From: a virus
Lineage: Duplodnaviria > Caudoviricetes
Length of the DNA: 64,000 nucleotides
Virus record (IMG/VR): IMGVR_UViG_2595698333_000001
Span: 38,320-102,319 of that record
Reading direction: 5' to 3' (one strand)
Each line of letters opens with the position of its first letter. Positions within the stretch are counted from its first letter, which is position 1. Position numbers and translations under genes: made by a program. The notes below the pieces were generated by a model that was given only the letters and a program-made list of their open reading frames with translations, was not told the DNA's origin and did no database searches. This document shows, in pieces, positions 1-7,204 of this stretch.

Positions 1-37
1 GGAACTGGTTATCAAACTTTCCATCTATCGGAACCGT

Positions 38-472
38 CTATTTTAGCTCGTGTCCGCAGTTCGGGCAGACGTCCGTATGCCAACCTTCCTGGTGTCGTGA
101 CGCATGGTCGGATGGTGTTTCGAGGGTAAGGTTCGACGGGCGGTTATCCCACTTGACTCCTGTCTTGTGGTGAACCTGATTCCCGCATACCGCCTCGAAT
201 CCGAACTGAGCGACAGCGACAAGCCGATGAACGAGGACGCTTTTCGTAGTCTTCTCGTCACCGTCCCATGCCTGCCACAGTTCGTATCCATCCTCGGTAG
301 TCGAAAACGAAGCGCGGTTGACCTCACGTTGCTCACGCTCGATACCGAGTTTCTCCATCCAATTGTATATCGTCTGCGCGGTCACGTCATACCTATCTGC
401 GATTTGACCACCGCTCAGGCCTTCTTCGCAGTAGAGACGACGCAGTGTTTCTTCGTCGCGGTATTCTGCCAT
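38..472 (-). CDS. HNH homing endonuclease with N-terminal HTH
   Basis: HTH (LSGGQIADRYDVTAQTIYNW) plus VHRLVA...VHHKTGVKWDNRPSNL HNH motif; start moved to MAEYRD. Confidence 0.8.
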   Translation of the reverse strand: MAEYRDEETLRRLYCEEGLSGGQIADRYDVTAQTIYNWMEKLGIEREQREVNRASFSTTEDGYELWQAWDGDEKTTKSVLVHRLVAVAQFGFEAVCGNQVHHKTGVKWDNRPSNLTLETPSDHASRHQEGWHTDVCPNCGHELK

Positions 473-532
473 TACATCTATGACTTCGAGTATAGATGTA
501 AAGGTATGACGTGGAGACACGAGCATTTTCTG

Positions 533-949
533 CTACTGGAACCCGACGCGACCTGACCCTCCTTCGAGCGGGTCGTCAGACCCGAACATTCCGCCCATCT
601 GGTCCATCATCTCCTCCATCATCTCCTCGCGTTCCTCCTGGCGTTCTTGCAGCCAGGCAGTCATCTCAGGACCGTAGATTTCCAGGCCGACCTGCGTGCC
701 GATACTGCCCATGACCTGAGACAGTCCCGCAGTCGACTGCTCGGCGGCCATCTCGATTTCTTTGTTCCAGGCGACGTGCAGGAGCGTGAGCGCCTCAGCA
801 CGAGTGAGGTCTACGCTCACAGGACGGTCCTCCTCCGTCTCACCGGCGCACTCGTCGCACGCCTCGTTCTCTCCGCACGTACAGTCAGTCCCGTCCGATT
901 CATCCTCCACGTCGTCGAACCGCTCAGCGTCGTTGTCTCTGTCGCTCAT
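533..949 (-). CDS. acidic hypothetical protein
   Basis: Acidic halophile-type ORF coupled to neighbours. Confidence 0.7.
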   Translation of the reverse strand: MSDRDNDAERFDDVEDESDGTDCTCGENEACDECAGETEEDRPVSVDLTRAEALTLLHVAWNKEIEMAAEQSTAGLSQVMGSIGTQVGLEIYGPEMTAWLQERQEEREEMMEEMMDQMGGMFGSDDPLEGGSGRVGFQ

Positions 950-1164
950 TACCCTTCCCTCGAGATGTGGATGAAGCGTTCGCCGTGGATGGTCAGAACG
1001 CGCTTGTCGTCTGCGTACACGTCGAGGAGCGGCGGCTCGTTGTCAGGCGAGATGGTCTCACCGTGGGTCTCGACACGCGGGTAGGACGAGGACTGGAACC
1101 GCTTCGACTGCACCTCGCCCTCGACCGTGCGCCACTTCGCCACGTAAGATTCTTCCTTCGACAT
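949..1164 (-). CDS. hypothetical protein
   Basis: MSKEESY... start at 1164; stop overlaps next start. Confidence 0.65.
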   Translation of the reverse strand: MSKEESYVAKWRTVEGEVQSKRFQSSSYPRVETHGETISPDNEPPLLDVYADDKRVLTIHGERFIHISREG

Positions 1165-1168
1165 GGGA

Positions 1169-1489
1169 TTACTCCTCGTCAGTCTCCGACTCAGTTTCGT
1201 CGTCCGTTTCATCCTCGGTGTCCTCGGACAGGTCGTACCCGACACTGATGCTGAGACGGTCCTCGTACATCGAGACGTCCACGTTGTCGGGTTCGTGGTC
1301 GGGGTCGAGCTTGTTCTCTACGATGTCTCGCGCGCCGTCGAGCTGTTCGAGGATGTCTCGGTCGTCGTCCTCCCACTCGAGACGATACTCCGCCTTGTCG
1401 TCCCAGAGAGACACGTTCACCGTGTCGCACCCGAACCGCTCTTCGAGCGACGCCGCGAAGTCGCGGAGGTCCTGCGCTTCGTCGTACAT
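1169..1489 (-). CDS. acidic hypothetical protein
   Basis: MYDEAQD...; start overlaps queF stop. Confidence 0.7.
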   Translation of the reverse strand: MYDEAQDLRDFAASLEERFGCDTVNVSLWDDKAEYRLEWEDDDRDILEQLDGARDIVENKLDPDHEPDNVDVSMYEDRLSISVGYDLSEDTEDETDDETESETDEE

Positions 1490-1950
1490 CACTGGATACC
1501 TCCGACCCACGTCTGCGACGAGATGCCACCGCGCGGATTCACGTCGAAGGCGACGTGGAGTCGCTTCTGCGCTTCGTCCTCATCGAGGTCCGGGTACAGG
1601 ATTTCCGCGAGGTCCTGCCACACCTTCGCGGTGACCTCTTCGTGCGAGATACGAGCGTCCTCGAACGACATGAGGTAGTACTTCAGCGACTTCAGTTCGA
1701 CGATGTAGTCCTCGGGCACGTACTCGATTTCTATCTCGCCGTAGTCGCGCACTCCTTCGCTCTCGACTTCATCGTCCTCGGCGTCAGGGTCAACGCCGTA
1801 GTCGACCGGACAGTTGGTTGAGAATTCCTTGGCGACGTGCCGGTCAGTCCTCTCCGTGTCAGGACGCGGGTTGGGCACTGCCTGGAGCACTTCACTGTTG
1901 ATTGGGTCGTAATCCGGGTTGAACCGGAAGTTGACTTCGTTGTCTCCCAT
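1489..1950 (-). CDS. queF: QueF-family preQ0 reductase (T-fold)
   Basis: EFSTNCP (catalytic Cys), DYG, ELKSLKYY QueF motif, SHE, PRGG. Confidence 0.85.
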   Translation of the reverse strand: MGDNEVNFRFNPDYDPINSEVLQAVPNPRPDTERTDRHVAKEFSTNCPVDYGVDPDAEDDEVESEGVRDYGEIEIEYVPEDYIVELKSLKYYLMSFEDARISHEEVTAKVWQDLAEILYPDLDEDEAQKRLHVAFDVNPRGGISSQTWVGGIQ

Positions 1951-2024
1951 CTGCGAATAGACGTTACTGACGGGAGGACGTATAGGAAACGACCCAGAAA
2001 AGGGGTGATTCTTGGACCGAGGCG

Positions 2025-2942
2025 TCAGTTGGCGAAGACCGCCATGTCGTCAGGCAGGTCGTCCTCGCCGTCACTGTCGCACCCGGACGAACCTCCGCTC
2101 TCACCCGAGACGGGCAGGAGCGAGGCGTACTCCTCGGCGACGCTGACCTTGTAGCCGTTCTCCGTCAGGGTGTTGACGAACTGACGGACGGCCTCGGTCG
2201 TGCGGTCGAGGACCCAGTCATCGCCGTCGTAGGTACAGTGCGTGTCGTCCCACGACATCTCGCTGCTCAGGTCCTCGCCCTTCGACGAGAGCAGGTTGTA
2301 CGTGTCACCGCTCAGCGTCAGCTTCTGACCGTACTTGTCGCGCTTCGCGCCGGAAATCTGAACCGCGCCGTCGGACATCTTGCCCGCGTGCGTGGCGCCG
2401 TTGACCTCAACGACCACGTCGTCCTCGCTCTCAGGGTAACGGACAGCGAACCGGATGACGCTCAGGGGGACCGACTCGCTCTTGAACGAGTCACGGTCAT
2501 CGGTCGGCGCCGTGCCGGGACCGGGCTTCTCGCTGTTGTCGTGCCAGTTGAACGCCTTGCGGCGAATCTTCCGCGCGGCCTTGCTGTTCAGGCCACCGCG
2601 CGAGTTGTTGATACGAGCGGCGGACGTGACGCGGCCGATGGCGTCACTCGTCTTGATACCCTCGTCAACGAACAGCGCCTTGCCGCTCGGGGAGACGCTG
2701 TCGGGCTTGATGAAGAACCACTCACCCCAGACACCGAACGCCTCGTTGCCCCACCAGGTCGAATCCAGGCGGACGAGAACTGCGTCGGTCTCCTGCATGA
2801 CCTCCTTGACCGCCGCGAGCGTGTCCGGGTCAGCCGAGCGGGTCGCCTCCGCCAGCGCCGCGTCGTCCTCAGCGTCGAGGACCTCGGGGTTGAAGTTGTC
2901 CTGCGCGTTGCCACCGTCGTCCGCGTTCGCGTTCGAGCTCAT
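2025..2942 (-). CDS. hypothetical protein, probable early gene
   Basis: 305 aa ORF with strong GGAGG SD and upstream TATA-like promoter. Confidence 0.8.
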   Translation of the reverse strand: MSSNANADDGGNAQDNFNPEVLDAEDDAALAEATRSADPDTLAAVKEVMQETDAVLVRLDSTWWGNEAFGVWGEWFFIKPDSVSPSGKALFVDEGIKTSDAIGRVTSAARINNSRGGLNSKAARKIRRKAFNWHDNSEKPGPGTAPTDDRDSFKSESVPLSVIRFAVRYPESEDDVVVEVNGATHAGKMSDGAVQISGAKRDKYGQKLTLSGDTYNLLSSKGEDLSSEMSWDDTHCTYDGDDWVLDRTTEAVRQFVNTLTENGYKVSVAEEYASLLPVSGESGGSSGCDSDGEDDLPDDMAVFAN

Positions 2943-3190
2943 CTCTTTTCTTCCTCCGCACTCGGTAGTACATCACCCGGGATAATAAAAGTATGGGAAT
3001 ACCACGTAGCGCGTTGTATGGTTACAACCTCGGAATAGCCCGTACCGCGTCTAACGAAGCAGACGCGGTTCTGAGCGCATGGAGGGTAGCTCCGATACAT
3101 CGTAGGGACCCCGACCGACAAAAGGAGGGATATAACTATGGTGTTCAGACTACCGAGCAATCACACAACGCCCGATACCATAAAAGTATG
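2943..3190 (-). promoter_or_regulatory. tandem promoter unit, copy 1
   Basis: Two ATACTTTTA boxes on minus strand (about 2986-2994 and 3181-3189); shares several blocks with 54909-55138. Confidence 0.7.
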
Positions 3191-3212
3191 GGTTATCCTC
3201 GTACCGAAGCAT

Positions 3213-3247
3213 AAAGAAAAAGCCCTCGGGCGCGCTACCCGAAGGCT
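3213..3247 (-). terminator. hairpin plus U-tract terminator
   Basis: agccctcggg...cccgaaggct stem followed by TTTTTCTTT on the minus strand. Confidence 0.55.
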
Positions 3248-3477
3248 CTATTTCTCACGCCGTTCGCCGTTCATCTCATCCCAGAAGTGCTCGTAGTCGT
3301 TCGGGCCATCAGGCCTCATCCTCATGGCGCCGATAACGTTGCCGCACTCGGGACAGTCGTAGCCGAGGTCTCGACGACCCGCGGCATGCTGGGAAGGCCC
3401 TTGATAGTCACACCGTCCATGTTATCAGTCGAACCTACCCACCCGCAGTCGTAGCACTCGTACTCTTTCTCGCTCAT
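3248..3477 (-). pseudogene. frameshifted double-CxxC zinc-ribbon protein with FWD tail
   Basis: ECYDCG in frame 0; DCPECG...EHFWDEMNGERREK* in the -1 frame; span 230 nt, one short of a codon multiple. Confidence 0.6.
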
Positions 3478-3950
3478 GCTTCGTCCGGGTTGACTGCCAC
3501 TATGCAGTCGATACGAACGTGCGACTTCATCTCTCCGCTGAGCAGGCCTCCGCGGTCGATGTTGTTGCCGCTTCCCAGTTCGAGGTGGTCTTCCGTCCAG
3601 ATGCTCTCCTTCGCAGGACGCGGCATCTCGAAGCCGGGCAGCTTGCGCACGTACCCAGTTGACAGGTAGGCGTTCTCGTTCGTCGGCGGACCCGTCCAGT
3701 ACAGGACCTCGACGCCGAGCGAGATTTGGTCGAGCGCCTCGTCGGAACTCAGGCATCCACAGGCCTCGTACACCTCGTCCGGGTACTCGCCTGCCGCGGA
3801 AAAGAACTTCGAGTACTGAGGCACCATGCCCGTGTCCTCGTTGACTTCCTCCACGTCAGGGTCCCGGGTCCACTTCGAGCGGTAATCCTCGAAGACGGAT
3901 TTGTCGTAGGTCGAGACCACTTCGCCGTTGACTTCGTATGAGTCACTCAT
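3474..3950 (-). CDS. hypothetical protein
   Basis: MSDSYEVNG..., acidic. Confidence 0.7.
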   Translation of the reverse strand: MSDSYEVNGEVVSTYDKSVFEDYRSKWTRDPDVEEVNEDTGMVPQYSKFFSAAGEYPDEVYEACGCLSSDEALDQISLGVEVLYWTGPPTNENAYLSTGYVRKLPGFEMPRPAKESIWTEDHLELGSGNNIDRGGLLSGEMKSHVRIDCIVAVNPDEA

Positions 3951-4124
3951 GTCTGTTGTCTCCTTGTTGGCGCGGGCGTACACCAGAACGGATATTGACG
4001 CCGGAGCGCAGGGGTCCGTTCCTGGGAGGCGGGCGTCCCTCCTCCGTGTAGTACAACGGCCCCCGAGACCATAATGGTAAGTAGCGGGGTGAAGGTAAAG
4101 AGAAGGCGTGTACCGCGAGGATTC

Positions 4125-5378
4125 TTAGAAATCGAGGACTGACTGACTTTTCGACTCGTACTCTTGCACACTGGAGTCCTCTCCCGTCGCCCAATCCTCG
4201 TAGGCGTTCTTGTCGAGGTCGAGGACCTCAAGTTCGTCTCCCTCAAGACGATGCTGGAGGGCGATTTGCCGACGTTCCTCTACGTCGAGGTCGCGTAGCA
4301 GGTCGAGCATGACATTCTTGAAGTGGATGAACGACCCGCTGAACTTGTATGTCGTCCCGTCGTAGTCCTTGAGCTTACGATAGACGCGAGCAGTCGCGGT
4401 GTCTCCCGATGCTTTGTCTAGGCTGTGCCTGTACCACTCCGGGAACAGGCCCGGGATGTAACCCGAGTACGCTTCGGTCAAACGCACCTCAGGAACCATC
4501 CGTGCGAGCGCACCCGCGTATTTCCAGTACCTGTAGTTTCGAGTCGACTGCGCACGTCCCAACCACTTATCGGCTCGTGCGAGGCAGTCGTAGGCGACTC
4601 CCGCCTCGAGACCTCGGAACTCCTTCGCCACCGCCTGGTCGAGCCAGATAACGAGTTGGTCGGGCGAGATGTTGTTGCCGGCGTACTTGTCGCCACCCAG
4701 GATTTCCGGGATGGCGTCGAACTCTCCTTCGTCCCACTCACGGTCGTCGAAACCGAGCGGAACATCGCTCTCCGCCATCATCTGTAGGTCGTTGATGGCA
4801 GAACGCAGGTCAGGACGCTGAGCGAGGCGTTCCTCGTCATGCTCGTCCAGTTCGACGCCCTCCTTCTCAGCGATTTCTCGAATCTTGGCGGCACGCGACC
4901 GCTTCCCGAGTTTGAAGTCCTCGGAGTTCACCCGATTCTTGATGCCGTCCGGCACGTCATACTCCTCGTTCGCCGTGAGGATAATCGGATTCGCGGGAGA
5001 ATCGAGAGCGTCGTACAGCGGTTGCTTGTTAGCAGCGTGATGCCACCCGTCCACCTCGTCGAGAAGGACGAGTTGACGATTACCGTCCGCCGGCGACGCC
5101 TCGATGCTCGCCGCCATGTCGCGGATATCGTCCGTCTTCCGCGCAGACGAGGCGTTGATTTGATTGAGCGGCATCCCGAGCTGGTCAGAGACGACGTATG
5201 CCGTAGTCGTCTTGCCCGTGCCCGGAGGTCCGACGAGCAACTGCCCCTGGTCACCGGGTTCCCACTCGTCCGCCCACTCACGGATACGCTTGAGAGCGGC
5301 GTTGTTTCCTTGCAGTTCTGAGAACGACTGCGGTCGGTGCTTTTCAACCCAACTGTTTGATGAGGTGTTCTGTGTCAT
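4125..5378 (-). CDS. rfcL: replication factor C large subunit
   Basis: WVEKHRP, GPPGTGKT, INASSAR, LLDEVD, PIILTAN, DLRSAINDLQ. Confidence 0.92.
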   Translation of the reverse strand: MTQNTSSNSWVEKHRPQSFSELQGNNAALKRIREWADEWEPGDQGQLLVGPPGTGKTTTAYVVSDQLGMPLNQINASSARKTDDIRDMAASIEASPADGNRQLVLLDEVDGWHHAANKQPLYDALDSPANPIILTANEEYDVPDGIKNRVNSEDFKLGKRSRAAKIREIAEKEGVELDEHDEERLAQRPDLRSAINDLQMMAESDVPLGFDDREWDEGEFDAIPEILGGDKYAGNNISPDQLVIWLDQAVAKEFRGLEAGVAYDCLARADKWLGRAQSTRNYRYWKYAGALARMVPEVRLTEAYSGYIPGLFPEWYRHSLDKASGDTATARVYRKLKDYDGTTYKFSGSFIHFKNVMLDLLRDLDVEERRQIALQHRLEGDELEVLDLDKNAYEDWATGEDSSVQEYESKSQSVLDF

Positions 5379-5814
5379 AGTGCCTCCGTCCTGCATTTCC
5401 GAGCATTTCTCCCACGTCCTCCCTGCACTGGACGAGTGAACGATACTCCTCTTCGGTACGCCCCTGCGACTGTGTATTCCCGTCCCAGTCCTCCTCGAGA
5501 ATACGCTGTGCGATAGGGCGTTTTTCCCGCAAGTACGGTTCGACTTTCTCGATGACCACGAGCGCACTCTTGCCGTTGACCTGCGTATCGTCCCACTCGT
5601 CCTTGCCGTTTGAGAGAGTGTCGAAGTGGGACGAACAGTCGAGTTCGTTCACCAATTCTCGGAACAGGTCGTGGCGGGTCGAACCACCCGAAACCGTGAT
5701 TTCCGGGGCGATGTAGAACCCGTGCTTCGCTCTGTCTACCTTCTGAACACCGACACGGATTGAACCGTCGGCGTCGATTATCCCTGCTAAGTAGTGCAGG
5801 TCTTCGTCCTCCAT
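5344..5814 (-). CDS. LAGLIDADG homing endonuclease
   Basis: YLAGIIDADGSI motif and PYLREK. Confidence 0.85.
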   Translation of the reverse strand: MEDEDLHYLAGIIDADGSIRVGVQKVDRAKHGFYIAPEITVSGGSTRHDLFRELVNELDCSSHFDTLSNGKDEWDDTQVNGKSALVVIEKVEPYLREKRPIAQRILEEDWDGNTQSQGRTEEEYRSLVQCREDVGEMLGNAGRRHYDTEHLIKQLG

Positions 5815-5852
5815 GTTTCCTTGTTGAGGGTAGAATCATATCAATACCTCGG

Positions 5853-6704
5853 TCAGAAATCCAATACATCTGTGGCTTGGGTGTCGAACGACGCTTCATC
5901 CGGGTTAAAATTCATCACTAGCCTTTCTACATTCTGAGAAGAATCCATGGAAGAAGAATACCGGCGTTTTTTCTCAGACACAAACCAGGTTTTATCTATT
6001 TTCGTCTCGAGAACATCGGGCAGTTCATCATAGCTAATAACAACATCTCCATCTACATCAGTAATCAGCTCAGCGAACCGAGCGTGGTCAAAGTCATTTC
6101 CAACTGCGTAGTACTTATTGCCGGACCTATCACCCACGTATGGAGGGTCACAGTAGAACAAACAGTTTGTAGAATCGTACTTCGTCACGACCTCCTCAAA
6201 ATCAAGATTCTCAATTATAACCTCCTTGAACCGGTCAGCTACACGAGAAACCTGTTCCTTTGACTTTTCGTACTTGTGGGTTGTTTCATCAGCAGGACTT
6301 CTTGCAGTCGTGTTAATACGAAACCCACCGTTAGGTTTCGCAGAAAACGAAGTCGTTTGAAGGTAGAAGAACCTACCTGCTCTTGCTACCTCATCGTCTG
6401 GCTCTTTACCATCCTCCAAATCTTGCGAGTATTCCTCGTATAGTTCACGAGAGTACGGTGTCATCTCGAGCCATTCTCGTAACTCATCTCCACGGTCACG
6501 ACAGACCTCGAAGTAGTTGACTACCCGCCCGTAAACATCGTTGTAAACCTCTATCGTAGAACGGGGTTTGTTGAACAGGACAGATGCTGACCCTCCGAAC
6601 GGTTCGACGTAACACTCATGTTCTGGGAAGTGACTGATTATCCACGGAGCGAGTGTCGTCTTTCCGCCTGGGTAGTTGACCGTCCCTGTGTTTTTCTTGG
6701 GCAT
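5853..6704 (-). CDS. D12-class (Dam-like) N6-adenine DNA methyltransferase
   Basis: YPGGK, YVEPFGGS, EVYND, FYCDPPY; visibly more AT-rich than its flanks. Confidence 0.92.
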   Translation of the reverse strand: MPKKNTGTVNYPGGKTTLAPWIISHFPEHECYVEPFGGSASVLFNKPRSTIEVYNDVYGRVVNYFEVCRDRGDELREWLEMTPYSRELYEEYSQDLEDGKEPDDEVARAGRFFYLQTTSFSAKPNGGFRINTTARSPADETTHKYEKSKEQVSRVADRFKEVIIENLDFEEVVTKYDSTNCLFYCDPPYVGDRSGNKYYAVGNDFDHARFAELITDVDGDVVISYDELPDVLETKIDKTWFVSEKKRRYSSSMDSSQNVERLVMNFNPDEASFDTQATDVLDF

Positions 6705-6706
6705 GG

Positions 6707-7204
6707 TCAGAAGTCGAGCGGGTCCTCCACGGTGTAGTCAGGTTCCAGTTCACGCTCGTACACCGTCATGCGATTGCCGCGGTCGGTGTAGTAGTAATCG
6801 ACTGCCTGGAACCCGTTGTCCAACCAGAATTCTTCGAGGTCGGCGGTCGAGAGAACGTCAGCGACCATGACCTCCTTCCCACGTTCCTCGGCGTACGCCA
6901 CCGCCTCGTCGAGCAACTCTGAACCGTGCCCCTCGTGACGGTCCCGAGCAGCGACAGCGATGTTACGGAGACACGCTTCCTCACGGGACAGGATGTCTGA
7001 CTCGGCCCAAACCATGCACGCGCCAGACACGCGGTCTCCGCGCAGGAAATACAGCAGACGCCTGTCCTCCCGACGGGCACAACGCTCGACGTTCTCCCGT
7101 CGCACGAACCAGTACAGGTCCTGAGTGATTTCCACGTCGTCGAAGAACGCTTCTATCTCCTCGAGACGTTCATCGTCGGGTTCTGCGACCTTTATTTCTA
7201 CCAT
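6707..7204 (-). CDS. GNAT-family acetyltransferase
   Basis: LRNIAV...RHEGHGSELL acetyl-CoA motif A; FWLDNGF motif B. Confidence 0.85.
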   Translation of the reverse strand: MVEIKVAEPDDERLEEIEAFFDDVEITQDLYWFVRRENVERCARREDRRLLYFLRGDRVSGACMVWAESDILSREEACLRNIAVAARDRHEGHGSELLDEAVAYAEERGKEVMVADVLSTADLEEFWLDNGFQAVDYYYTDRGNRMTVYERELEPDYTVEDPLDF

